A DNA stretch of 64,000 bases, taken from the NCBI GenBank assembly GCA_964594985.1, contig CAZQNQ010000010.1, forward strand, positions 71,466-135,465. Reading direction: 5' to 3'. The notes under the pieces are model-generated. The model searched no databases. It had not been told where the DNA came from and saw nothing but the letters and a program-made list of their open reading frames with translations. The stretch is from an uncultured Bifidobacterium sp. GTDB taxonomy: Bacteria > Verrucomicrobiota > Verrucomicrobiia > Limisphaerales > JADLHS01. Positions 37,732 to 46,264 of this stretch are shown here, one piece after another. A program made the translations under genes and the position numbers. Position 1 is the first letter of the stretch. Every line of letters starts with the position of its first letter.

Positions 37732-39129
37732 ATGATTTCCATTTCACAACTTCAAGAGTGGGTGCGAACGGGTGAGTCTGAGACGCTGGAATTCAAGCGC
37801 ACAACCGGCGAACGCCGCGCTGGCACACAGACACTTTGTGGGATGCTCAATCATCGTGGGGGACGGGTGCTCTTTGGCGTTGAGCCGGATGGCCGCATCA
37901 TCGGCCAAATGGTTTCGGATCATACGGTCGAAGAAGTAGCGCAAGAGTTAAAGGAAATTGACCCGCCAGTCTTTCCTTCCATCGAGCGGGTAGATGTAAC
38001 TGAGGGGCGGCAGGTGTTGGTGGTAACCGTTTCAGCAGGAACAAACCGCCCCTACAACTACAAAGGACAGGCATACCGACGCGTGGGGAACACAACTCCA
38101 GAACTCTCGGGCCACGGTTTTCAACAGATGTTGTTGGAGCGATTGCATGGCGAGAGGCGTTGGGAGAATGAGCCTGCGGAAGGGTGGGCGGTGACCGATT
38201 TGGAAGCTTCCGAAATCATTCGGACCCTGGAAGAATCCATCCGGCGCGGTCGAGCGGATGACCCCGGCGTGCGCGATCCCGCAGAGGTGTTGCGTGGTTT
38301 AGGATTGATGCGGGGCGGACAATTGTTGCGGGCTGCGGTGGTTTTGTTCGGAAAAGCCGAACAACTGGAACCGCGGATGCCGCAGTGTTTGTTGCGTGTG
38401 GCACGCTTTCGTGGTCGAGATAAGACCGAGTTCCTTGATAACCGGCAGTTTCACGGCAACGCGTTTGATCTCTTGCTGCGGGCGGAGCGATTTTTACGGG
38501 AAAATCTGCCGGTCGCAGGTCGCATCCAACCAGGCTTGTTCGAGCGTGTGGACGATCCGCTCTATCCGCCAGTGGCGTTGCGGGAGACGCTGGCCAATGC
38601 GGTTTGCCATCGAGATTACAGTATTGGCGGCGGTTCAATTGCCGTGGCACTTTTCGATGATCGGCTGGAGATCACTTCGTCGGGCACGCTTCACTTCGGA
38701 TTAACAACAGAAGCACTGTTCCAACCTCACGAGTCGCTGCCATGGAATCCGCTCATCGCACGGGTGTTTTATCGGCGCGGCGTAATCGAAGCATGGGGCC
38801 GGGGCACCATCAAGATCGCGGAGTTAGTTGCGAGAGCCGGACTGCCTCAACCTGAAATTGAAGAGGCGGGCGGCTGTGTGGTGGTGCGGTTTCGTCCCAG
38901 TCGTTATGTTGCACCATCGCGGGTCGCTCAAGATGTGACTGAGCGCCAACGACGAGTTCTTGAAGTCTTGGCGGCCGGGGCCAGCGGCGGGATAGCGCTC
39001 CGGGAAATTGCGGCTCAGTTGACCAATCATACGCCACGGGCACTTCGGGAAGACCTGAGTGTTTTGCAGACTTTGGGTTTAGCAAAAACAACAGGTTGGG
39101 GCGCTGGTGCAAAGTGGAAACTTCGGTAG
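37732..39129 (+). CDS. AlbA_2 (Schlafen-like) DNA-binding domain / HATPase_c_4 / wHTH protein (often annotated 'RecG-like' or 'ATP-binding protein')
   Basis: N-terminal GESETLEFKRT...LCGMLNHRGGRVLFGVEPDG (AlbA_2), central REtLANAVCHRDY-type motif (LRETLANAVCHRDYSIGGGSIAV) and a C-terminal wHTH-like RQRRVLEVLAAG...LREIAAQL. Confidence 0.8.
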   Translation: MISISQLQEWVRTGESETLEFKRTTGERRAGTQTLCGMLNHRGGRVLFGVEPDGRIIGQMVSDHTVEEVAQELKEIDPPVFPSIERVDVTEGRQVLVVTVSAGTNRPYNYKGQAYRRVGNTTPELSGHGFQQMLLERLHGERRWENEPAEGWAVTDLEASEIIRTLEESIRRGRADDPGVRDPAEVLRGLGLMRGGQLLRAAVVLFGKAEQLEPRMPQCLLRVARFRGRDKTEFLDNRQFHGNAFDLLLRAERFLRENLPVAGRIQPGLFERVDDPLYPPVALRETLANAVCHRDYSIGGGSIAVALFDDRLEITSSGTLHFGLTTEALFQPHESLPWNPLIARVFYRRGVIEAWGRGTIKIAELVARAGLPQPEIEEAGGCVVVRFRPSRYVAPSRVAQDVTERQRRVLEVLAAGASGGIALREIAAQLTNHTPRALREDLSVLQTLGLAKTTGWGAGAKWKLR

Positions 39130-39138
39130 AACGGGCTT

Positions 39139-39180
39139 ATTCCGGCTCATTCCGGCTCATTCCGGCTCATTCCGGCTCAT
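39139..39180. repeat. Tandem 10-bp repeat (ATTCCGGCTC x 4.2)
   Basis: Perfect tandem copies between and overlapping the 3' ends of the two convergent genes. The GH28 stop codon lies inside it. Confidence 0.9.
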
Positions 39181-40603
39181 GATGCTTAATTCGCTCGTTT
39201 GTTTCCCGCACATTCTCTACGTTCCGCAGGCTGTTCGTCCGGCTGTGCGCTTGGTTGACCGTGATATTTTCAAGAAAGACGTCGCGCACGGGTAGCTTCG
39301 CATCGCCCGCGATTTTGATGGGCGTGTCGGTTTCTTCGACTTGAATGTTTTTGAGGTGAATGCCCCGGATGGGCGTGAGCTTTTCCTCGTAGGTCGGCAC
39401 GAGGTCGCGCCATTGGTAGAGCACGTCGGTATCAATACCCAGCACGCCAAACTTCGTGCTCTTGGCGGCGATGTTCTCGACATGGATGTTCTCCACGAAA
39501 CCGCCGCGCCGCCGGTTGGTCTTGATGAAGACGATGTTTTGCGGTGGGTTCGAGTCAGCGTTGTCGAACCGGCAGTCATGCACATACACATTACGGATGC
39601 CGCCGGAAAGTTCGCTGCCGATGGCGACCAGTTGATGCCCGCGCACCATCGTGCAGTTGCGGACGACAATGTTCTCCGAAGGCGTGTTCAACCGCCGCCC
39701 GTCGAAATCCATCCCAGCCTTGATGGCGATGGCATCGTCGCCCTGATCAAACCGGCAATCTTCCACGAGCAGATTGCGCGTCATCTCCGGATCAATGCCG
39801 TCGTTGTTGCGATTGCGCGCCACGATGTCCACGCGCCGGACCACGACGTCTTCGCTCAACAACAGGTGAATCGTCCAGAACGGGCTGTTGCGGATCTTCA
39901 CGTCTTCGATGAGCACATTCCGGCAGCGATTGAACTGGATGAACTGCGGACGCAGATGATTTTCCCCGACCGCCATCTGACGCTGCGCGACCGGCGCATT
40001 CGTATAAGCAAAGTGATAAAGCCGCTTCAACGCTTCCAGATGCGCGGGGGGCCGGGTGAACCACTGTTTCCAAACGTCCAATCGCGCCTCAATCATGCCC
40101 TGGCCCGTGAGCGCGACATTCGTGCAGCCAAACGCATAAATCAGCGGTGAATAGTTGAAGCACTCCGTCCCCTCCCAACTCGATTGCACGGCGGGCAAGT
40201 AATCCTCTGGCCTGGCGCTGAAGTAGAGCGTCGCGCCCTCAGCGAGGTGAAGGTTGACGTTGCTTTGCAGATGAACTTTTCCCGTCAGCCATTTGCCGCG
40301 CGGAATCACGACTTTGCCGCCGCCCGCCGCGTGACAGGCCGTGATAGCTTTGTGGATGGCTTCAGAGATGTTTGTATTCCCGCCTTCCACCGCGCCGAAA
40401 TCCGTGACGACAAAATCACGGTCGGGAAACACCGGGATTTTGATTGCCGGCATGGTGAACGGCGCGGCCACGAAAATCTCCTGATGCCGGATGCCGTTGG
40501 TTTCGGCCCGCACAAAATTTGCCGCCAAAAACAGCGCGAACAACGCGCCAAGCAGCATGGCAAATGACTTGGTCATCAAAGATAAAGTGACTGGCTTTGC
40601 CAT
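39167..40603 (-). CDS. Glycoside hydrolase family 28 (polygalacturonase-like, parallel beta-helix)
   Basis: Start at MAKPVTLSLMTKSFAMLLGALFALFLAANFVRA (signal peptide). GH28-like NRNNDGIDP, FDQGDDAIAIK and RGHQLVAIGSE motifs. Confidence 0.85.
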   Translation of the reverse strand: MAKPVTLSLMTKSFAMLLGALFALFLAANFVRAETNGIRHQEIFVAAPFTMPAIKIPVFPDRDFVVTDFGAVEGGNTNISEAIHKAITACHAAGGGKVVIPRGKWLTGKVHLQSNVNLHLAEGATLYFSARPEDYLPAVQSSWEGTECFNYSPLIYAFGCTNVALTGQGMIEARLDVWKQWFTRPPAHLEALKRLYHFAYTNAPVAQRQMAVGENHLRPQFIQFNRCRNVLIEDVKIRNSPFWTIHLLLSEDVVVRRVDIVARNRNNDGIDPEMTRNLLVEDCRFDQGDDAIAIKAGMDFDGRRLNTPSENIVVRNCTMVRGHQLVAIGSELSGGIRNVYVHDCRFDNADSNPPQNIVFIKTNRRRGGFVENIHVENIAAKSTKFGVLGIDTDVLYQWRDLVPTYEEKLTPIRGIHLKNIQVEETDTPIKIAGDAKLPVRDVFLENITVNQAHSRTNSLRNVENVRETNERIKHHEPE

Positions 40604-40642
40604 TTGAGGCCACTTCCCAAACTGGTGATAATACGGTCGTCC

Positions 40643-40777
40643 GTAGCCGCCGAAGCGGGCGACTTCGAGAAAGTGGAACAGCTCAAGGAACAACTCATCA
40701 AGGAACGCAAAGAAATTCAGGCTGACTTGGAGGAGAAGAAGGACCGCATCCATCAGAAGTCAGCTCGTTCATCTTGA
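40643..40777 (+). pseudogene. Orphan 3' fragment homologous to the end of the 37433..37723 gene
   Basis: Translates in frame to ..AAEAGDFEKVEQLKEQLIKERKEIQADLEEKKDRIHQKSARSS*, compared with ..AASEAGDYEKVEQLQQQLIKERKAIQADLEEKKDRIHQASKGRR*. No plausible start. An in-frame stop lies at 40583. Confidence 0.7.
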
Positions 40778-40823
40778 TCAGAAATAGGAACCCCTGCTCG
40801 TGTGCGCAACAAAGGTGTGGGGA

Positions 40824-41090
40824 CTATTTGATGTCCCACACCAAATCTGCGACTTCGACGTTAAGCGCTCTGGCAATTTTGAGCAGCGAGCCAACGGAAA
40901 TTTCCATGGTGCCGCGCTCGACCGCACCGATGAAGTTATGGTGCAGGTCGGCTTTCTCCGCCAATTTTTCCTGAGTCAACCCAACTTTTTTGCGATGGGA
41001 ACGGATCGTTTCACCCAAAATTCGGCGGTGATTTGGCCTCGTTGACACAAATGTTAGCAAGCGCAGACCAACACACCACGCTCCACACAT
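40824..41090 (-). CDS. XRE-family helix-turn-helix transcriptional regulator
   Basis: LGETIRSHRKKVGLTQEKLAEKADLHHNFIGAVERGTMEISVGSLLKIARAL is a canonical HTH_3. Divergent from the 41196 gene. The true start may be the GTG near 41048. Confidence 0.8.
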   Translation of the reverse strand: MCGAWCVGLRLLTFVSTRPNHRRILGETIRSHRKKVGLTQEKLAEKADLHHNFIGAVERGTMEISVGSLLKIARALNVEVADLVWDIK

Positions 41091-41195
41091 TAAACTGTGT
41101 TTTTACTTGCAGACGCTTGGCAAAATGATAGAACAAATCTGTTCATAACAAACCAAACCCGGGTTGTTTTAACGGGGAAATCAAACTGAAATATC

Positions 41196-43919
41196 ATGAA
41201 AATCTTGCGCCAAAAGCTGATTGTCGTGCTTGCGTCACTACTGTTCATTGTCGCGTCAAGTCAGGCCATTGAAGGACTGAAATTACAAATCATTTGTCCC
41301 GATGTTGTGTTGTCGTGGCCGAGTGTGGAGGGGGCAACTTACATTGTTCAGTATCGGCCCACGCTGGATCCGATTACGCCGTGGCAAACGCTGACCAACA
41401 ATCTGCCCGCAGGGACGGGAACGAACGTGACATTTTTTGTCCACTCGAACCGGGTTGATTGCTCGGCGGGGCAGATTTTTGGCATGGGGCTTTTGCCAGA
41501 TGGCGGCAACGCAATGGTTTCATCAGCCGCATCGTTGTCTCCGGAAGAAAGAAGGCAGCTCAAACAGGCCCGGGAGACGCAACGCCTGGCTGAACTATTG
41601 GTGCAGTGCGAATTAGAGCAACGCGAGCCATACGAATGGGAGTTGAAGAATGAACCGCCACCACCGCCATCAACTGAAGAAGTTCGAGCCAAAATCCTCG
41701 CTGCGATGGAAAAGAGACAGGCTGGCTTGAACACCGCTGGCAGCGTCGGTTTGGCACCGCAATTTTCTTCTGCGGCAATCAACAGCGCCAACAGTTGCGC
41801 CTCGTATGTTGCCAGCAACAACAATTCCGGGTTTTACCGTGTATTCTGTCCTGCACCCGTTGCTCAACTTGATGTGTTTGGCGTCGAGCAAGGTTCAACC
41901 ATGAATCAGCTCGATATTTTGCTCAATGATACGGACCCGGATGACAATCCAATTATGCTGTCCCACGTTCAACCGGCAGGTCACGGGGAAATAGAATATA
42001 GCGACGATGCCAGCATCTTTCGCTACACGCCGACAAATACTTTCTCGGGCTTGGAGACTTTTTCGTACGCCATCACGAACGATGTGGGGGGATCAAACAC
42101 GGCCACAGTATTTGTGTTTGTCAACGCAGCGGGAAACAACCAGCCGTACACCCTGCCGTTAGAACTGACATTGCAGACAAATCAAACGGCAATTTCCTTC
42201 CCCATCCTGACCAACGCGGCAGACCCGGACAACGATGCGCTTCAACTTGTCGTCATTGCGCCACCCACCTACGGAACGGTCACGACCAACACCAACAGTG
42301 AACTCGTTTATTCGTGTACGTCGTACTACGTTGCTCAGGATTCGTTCTTCTATGTTTTGACCGACGGACGCGGCGGATTTGTAAAACAACCCGTCATCAT
42401 CAATCCGCAGGACGATGACGGAGATGAAATTCCCGATGAATGGGAGTTGCAGCACGACCTTGACCCGACTCTAAACGATGCGGCGGATGATCCTGATGAA
42501 GACGGGTTGCCGAACCTCGCCGAATACAAGCTGGATACCTGCCCTTGGTCTTCTGACAGCCCGCTCAACTTGAGCCACATTGCCATCAATCAACCTTTCC
42601 GCGAATTTGCGCTCATTCCAGTGCCGCTCAAAAGCCACATCAAAAAGCCCGCTCTTTCCATGTTGCTCAATGGCAGCCGCGCCAACGGGTCACTGGTGAA
42701 ACGGGCCGACGGATGTTGGTATCTCAACTGGGACACCGGCTATCTGGCTAATGGCCCATACTCCCTTGCGCTGGAATTGGAGTACCGCGCTGACCCGCAG
42801 CCGGGAGATTTGCCGGTGGTGGGAGCAACCGTGCCAGTCATCGTGACCAATGATGTGACCTTTAGCCAATTAGCCTCCACTTTCAGTGATTTCCTTGTGA
42901 TTGACGTGAAGCTCGCCTTGCAAAGCGCTGACTGGCGGATTGAGTTCTTTGACGAAGCAAACCAATACCTTGGCTATTTTTACGGCACAACATCGGATGG
43001 CACAATTCAAGGCGCATGGGATTTGACTGACGGCCAAAACCAGATTGCCTTCAGTCATGTCCGGACGGATTTTTATTTTGCTCCACATCAGGAAATTTCG
43101 CTCTTGGATGATGCCCCTCCGGGTGGTAATCAAAGGAAAGCCCGGCGTTGGTTCATCAAACAAATCCCCGGCGGAATCGGAAACACTTTCGTGGTCGCTT
43201 GGGGGTGGGATGCTTACACCACCAGCTTTAACAACAACCGCACCAGACTAATGCTCAATGGCGTCATTAACATTCTCGCCAATCCGGCTCGAGACGATGA
43301 GTATTTTCTGCGGCCTGGGGCCAACTTATTTGATGGCAATGCGTTTCGCTATGATGATGATTTGGACAAGGAAACATTACTTTCGGCTTTGAAAGCCAGC
43401 GATAGTGGCAATTTCTTTTGGTTTGGACATGGCGATGTTGATGTGCTGCAAGGAGATCACAAGCGTTCATCAATCCCTCCTGACCTTGTAGAAAACACGT
43501 TGCAAAACAAGAGACACCGCTCAACAAAAAGAGTTCCTGCCGTGGACAAGCACCCGTATCGCTTGGTCATTCTGAATGCTTGCAAAATGTATCATCCGAA
43601 TTGGGCTCATGCGTTTGGGATTGATTATTCGACAAATGGAACTACCAGCGATGTTTATGCCTATTACCAGCATGGACGGCAATCACAGGCGTTTGTTGCT
43701 TGGACAAATAACATTCAGGTGCCAAAGCTTGGCAATTTTAACTACCGTAGCGATGAATATGCAGTCGGGCTAGCGGCGCTATTTTCTCGATGGATGGATG
43801 GTTATGCTTTGGAAAACTGTCTTGGTTGGTATGAATACTACATGGACAATTACAATTTTAGCGGTCATGACTCTTGGAAAATATCCGGCACGGCTTACAT
43901 GTGGCGGACGGCTCCATGA
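41196..43919 (+). CDS. Large secreted protein: cadherin-like/VCBS-like repeats, TSP3-like Ca-binding motifs and a C-terminal caspase/CHAT-like (clan CD) candidate peptidase domain
   Basis: Signal peptide MKILRQKLIVVLASLLFIVASSQA. Repeats DTDPDDNPIML..YTPTNTFSGLETFSYAITNDVGG and ADPDNDALQLV..YSCTSYYVAQDSFFYVLTDGRGG. TSP3-like DDDGDEIPDEWE and DPDEDGLPNLAEY. FFWFGHGD (His745) and LVILNACK (Cys796) lie 51 residues apart. Confidence 0.75.
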   Translation: MKILRQKLIVVLASLLFIVASSQAIEGLKLQIICPDVVLSWPSVEGATYIVQYRPTLDPITPWQTLTNNLPAGTGTNVTFFVHSNRVDCSAGQIFGMGLLPDGGNAMVSSAASLSPEERRQLKQARETQRLAELLVQCELEQREPYEWELKNEPPPPPSTEEVRAKILAAMEKRQAGLNTAGSVGLAPQFSSAAINSANSCASYVASNNNSGFYRVFCPAPVAQLDVFGVEQGSTMNQLDILLNDTDPDDNPIMLSHVQPAGHGEIEYSDDASIFRYTPTNTFSGLETFSYAITNDVGGSNTATVFVFVNAAGNNQPYTLPLELTLQTNQTAISFPILTNAADPDNDALQLVVIAPPTYGTVTTNTNSELVYSCTSYYVAQDSFFYVLTDGRGGFVKQPVIINPQDDDGDEIPDEWELQHDLDPTLNDAADDPDEDGLPNLAEYKLDTCPWSSDSPLNLSHIAINQPFREFALIPVPLKSHIKKPALSMLLNGSRANGSLVKRADGCWYLNWDTGYLANGPYSLALELEYRADPQPGDLPVVGATVPVIVTNDVTFSQLASTFSDFLVIDVKLALQSADWRIEFFDEANQYLGYFYGTTSDGTIQGAWDLTDGQNQIAFSHVRTDFYFAPHQEISLLDDAPPGGNQRKARRWFIKQIPGGIGNTFVVAWGWDAYTTSFNNNRTRLMLNGVINILANPARDDEYFLRPGANLFDGNAFRYDDDLDKETLLSALKASDSGNFFWFGHGDVDVLQGDHKRSSIPPDLVENTLQNKRHRSTKRVPAVDKHPYRLVILNACKMYHPNWAHAFGIDYSTNGTTSDVYAYYQHGRQSQAFVAWTNNIQVPKLGNFNYRSDEYAVGLAALFSRWMDGYALENCLGWYEYYMDNYNFSGHDSWKISGTAYMWRTAP

Positions 43920-43932
43920 AGAAAGGCTGTTA

Positions 43933-44280
43933 ATGCAAACTAAAAACACGCCACCAGACGCAACTGAGGTTTTGATCAAAAAGAAACGGCACGGCCAACA
44001 ACTGACGACCTCCGCGCTTTGCCTTGCGGTTGTTTTCTTTTTGAGCTTCTCGCCCTATGCCCCAACAACGCGGAACTTGATCTGGTATGAAATACAATGC
44101 TGGGGGCTTGTTGCCGTGCCGCTGGTTCTGTCTAGTTTTGCATTCATCCACTTGTTGCCTGTGCTGGTGCGCGGGGTAGGGACGCAACGAATATCGGCGG
44201 TTATTTTGCTGATCGTGTCAGGTTACTATGCCTATCAAGGTTGGGAGGAAATCATCTTTCACTATATGATCAACCCCTAA
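43933..44280 (+). CDS. Small integral membrane protein (3 TM), unknown family
   Basis: Start at MQTKNTPPD, 14 nt after the upstream stop. Three hydrophobic segments. AT-richer codon usage like its neighbours. Confidence 0.55.
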   Translation: MQTKNTPPDATEVLIKKKRHGQQLTTSALCLAVVFFLSFSPYAPTTRNLIWYEIQCWGLVAVPLVLSSFAFIHLLPVLVRGVGTQRISAVILLIVSGYYAYQGWEEIIFHYMINP

Positions 44281-44302
44281 AATTTCAGACGCCTCTATTA
44301 CA

Positions 44303-44644
44303 TTGATGAAAACGGAGGATTCAACCCAAGAAACCCGCCAGTCGGCGAATGATGCGAATATCACCCGGGTGGTGTTCACCGTAATTTTGCTGTTGTCCCT
44401 GTTCATCATCGCCAAGTCGTTCATTGCGACTCACAATGTGACTCAGTGGAGCGATGAGATTCAGATGATGTTCATCCGTGAGCAAACCGAAGCCGGGAAG
44501 CGGGGCTATTCAATTACAGAATACCTCACCCGGCTGGATGACATCCAGAAACAGTGGAAAGTCATGCGTCATGTCAGCGTTGGCTTGGCGGCGCTATCAG
44601 CCGTTGGGGTCTTTTTGGCGGGCAAACGCAGGAACAAACAATAG
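44303..44644 (+). CDS. Small bitopic membrane protein (2 TM flanking a ~55-aa loop), unknown family
   Basis: 113 aa with TM1 VVFTVILLLSLFIIAKSFI and TM2 VSVGLAALSAVGVFLAG. Confidence 0.55.
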   Translation: MMKTEDSTQETRQSANDANITRVVFTVILLLSLFIIAKSFIATHNVTQWSDEIQMMFIREQTEAGKRGYSITEYLTRLDDIQKQWKVMRHVSVGLAALSAVGVFLAGKRRNKQ

Positions 44645-44657
44645 TCGCAAGGCATTC

Positions 44658-45476
44658 ATGGACATCCTCTACATTTCACTTGCCTACAAATACGTGATGC
44701 TGGCGTTGATGCTGGCGGAGGTGAATCACGCGGGCGGCAAACTCGAAATTCCCAACTGGCAGCCGATTACTTTCGCGCAAGTCGAGACCTACAACATTTC
44801 GCCGCCACGAATGCGCGCGGGCGGCAGTCTGGATACCACCAATGGAGTTTTTGGCTTTGGTGAAAATAAATTGCAATTCATACAGTGGCCGGAGCCGAAT
44901 TCGGACTTGCCGCTGAGGGAGCGGCAGATGCGCTGGTCAAAGTTGGAATCCCTTGTTGACACCAACGGAGCCTATCAACTGGCGACCAACTGGTTGACGA
45001 GATTGGAAGTGGATGTGTCCGCTTTGGAGAAAAAGCATCCGGTGTCCGTGTTGCAACAATTCTTTTATCCCGGCGGGGACGTCAACCAGCAACGGATTTT
45101 ACTGCCACGCTTTGAAGTGCGTTGGGGTAAAAATCCATCTCTGCCTGCGATTTGGGTTTCCATTTATGGGCCAACCAAAACGCCGCTTTTCATCCGGCAG
45201 GAGGACGGTTCGTTCATTCGGCGTCCCGAAGTGGTAAAGCCGGAAGCCATTGCGACACTGCTTTCAATCACCAACGCTACGTTTGCCGGATGGACCATGA
45301 CTCAAAAATCCAATCTCGTCGTGCAGTCCGCTGGCAATGGGTATCCGACGCTGGTGTTTCCCGAAGTGATTTCTGAGGGAAAGACGCCAAAACAATCCAC
45401 GCTGCTTATGAAGCCCAAGCCGCCTGTCGTCCCCGCCAAAAAGACTAGGATTTTGCCAGCGGCAAACCGGGAGTAA
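44658..45476 (+). CDS. Hypothetical protein, unknown family
   Basis: Start at MDILYISLAYKYVMLALMLAE (N-terminal hydrophobic anchor or signal). 272 aa. Last gene of the AT-richer cluster. Confidence 0.55.
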   Translation: MDILYISLAYKYVMLALMLAEVNHAGGKLEIPNWQPITFAQVETYNISPPRMRAGGSLDTTNGVFGFGENKLQFIQWPEPNSDLPLRERQMRWSKLESLVDTNGAYQLATNWLTRLEVDVSALEKKHPVSVLQQFFYPGGDVNQQRILLPRFEVRWGKNPSLPAIWVSIYGPTKTPLFIRQEDGSFIRRPEVVKPEAIATLLSITNATFAGWTMTQKSNLVVQSAGNGYPTLVFPEVISEGKTPKQSTLLMKPKPPVVPAKKTRILPAANRE

Positions 45477-45591
45477 GTCGCGCTAGGTACAGCCTTCTCA
45501 AACGGCCCGGGGCCAATCTATGACGGCGCGCCTCACCGTTCTGCAAGCAAATCCTTCGTGCCTTCCGCCGGTTCTCGACTATGCTGCGCTC

Positions 45592-46044
45592 ATGTTCGAC
45601 GACTTGAACGACCTTTATCAGCAGGTCATTCTCGACCACTGCAAGAAGCCGCGCAATTTCCACGAGATGCCGCAGGCCAGTTGTTCCGCGCAGGGCCACA
45701 ACCCGCTCTGCGGCGATCAACTCAAACTCTTTCTCGCCCTCGACGGCGACACGATCAAGGACATCAGCTTCGTCGGCTCGGGTTGTTGCATCTCGAAGGC
45801 GTCGGCGTCGTTGCTGACGGAATTTGCCAAGGGCAAGACCAAGGCCGACGTGGAAAAGATGTTTGGTGAGGTGCGCGAGATGGTCACCACCGGAAAGATG
45901 GCCGAGGACGTCGGCAAGCTCGCGGTCTTCGCGGGCGTTTACAAATATCCGGCCCGCGTGAAGTGCGCCATCCTCGCGTGGCACGCCGTGATGGGCGCGT
46001 TGAAAGGTGACGCCAAACCGGTGACGACCGAGTCCGAGCAGTGA
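45592..46044 (+). CDS. sufU: SufU/IscU-like Fe-S cluster assembly scaffold
   Basis: Three Cys ligand motifs: NPLCGD, GSGCCISKASAS and ARVKCAILAW. Confidence 0.85.
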   Translation: MFDDLNDLYQQVILDHCKKPRNFHEMPQASCSAQGHNPLCGDQLKLFLALDGDTIKDISFVGSGCCISKASASLLTEFAKGKTKADVEKMFGEVREMVTTGKMAEDVGKLAVFAGVYKYPARVKCAILAWHAVMGALKGDAKPVTTESEQ

Positions 46045-46060
46045 CGGGCAACGGCGCGGT

Positions 46061-46261
46061 TTACCGGCGGCCCACGTAGATCAATCCCACCCCCACCGTT
46101 ATCAGCACGGCTCCGCCGACATACAGCCAGGTGATGCGATTGTGGGTGGACGAGCTGAACATCTGGTGCCATTGGCCGTGGAAAGTCCGCGATTCACGAT
46201 AGCCCCACACCAGTGCCGTGGTGCCCGCCACCAGACAAAGGATGGCAAACGTCTTCTTCAT
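46061..46261 (-). CDS. DUF3185-like small membrane protein
   Basis: 66 aa with two TM segments (FAILCLVAGTTALVWG and WLYVGGAVLITVGVGLIYVG). Confidence 0.6.
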   Translation of the reverse strand: MKKTFAILCLVAGTTALVWGYRESRTFHGQWHQMFSSSTHNRITWLYVGGAVLITVGVGLIYVGRR

Positions 46262-46264
46262 GCT

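Noticed and set aside
39139-39180. Possible CRISPR array, given the short direct repeats here and the periodic hairpin arms elsewhere
   Set aside because: The repeat units are 7-12 bp and contiguous or mirrored. There are no ~30-bp unique spacers, and no cas genes occur anywhere in the window.
40586-40777. The orphan 3' fragment as a real small gene (GTG at 40625, ~50 aa)
   Set aside because: It lies in the promoter/5' region of the GH28 gene on the other strand and lacks a convincing start or RBS. Its homology to the full-length gene begins abruptly at about 40643, so a gene remnant is more parsimonious.
41100-41195. Sigma-54 type promoter, because of a TGGCA in the XRE/giant-gene control region
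   Set aside because: No TTGC element follows at the required ~5-nt spacing on either strand. The TTGCAG lies upstream of TGGCA, which is the wrong order.
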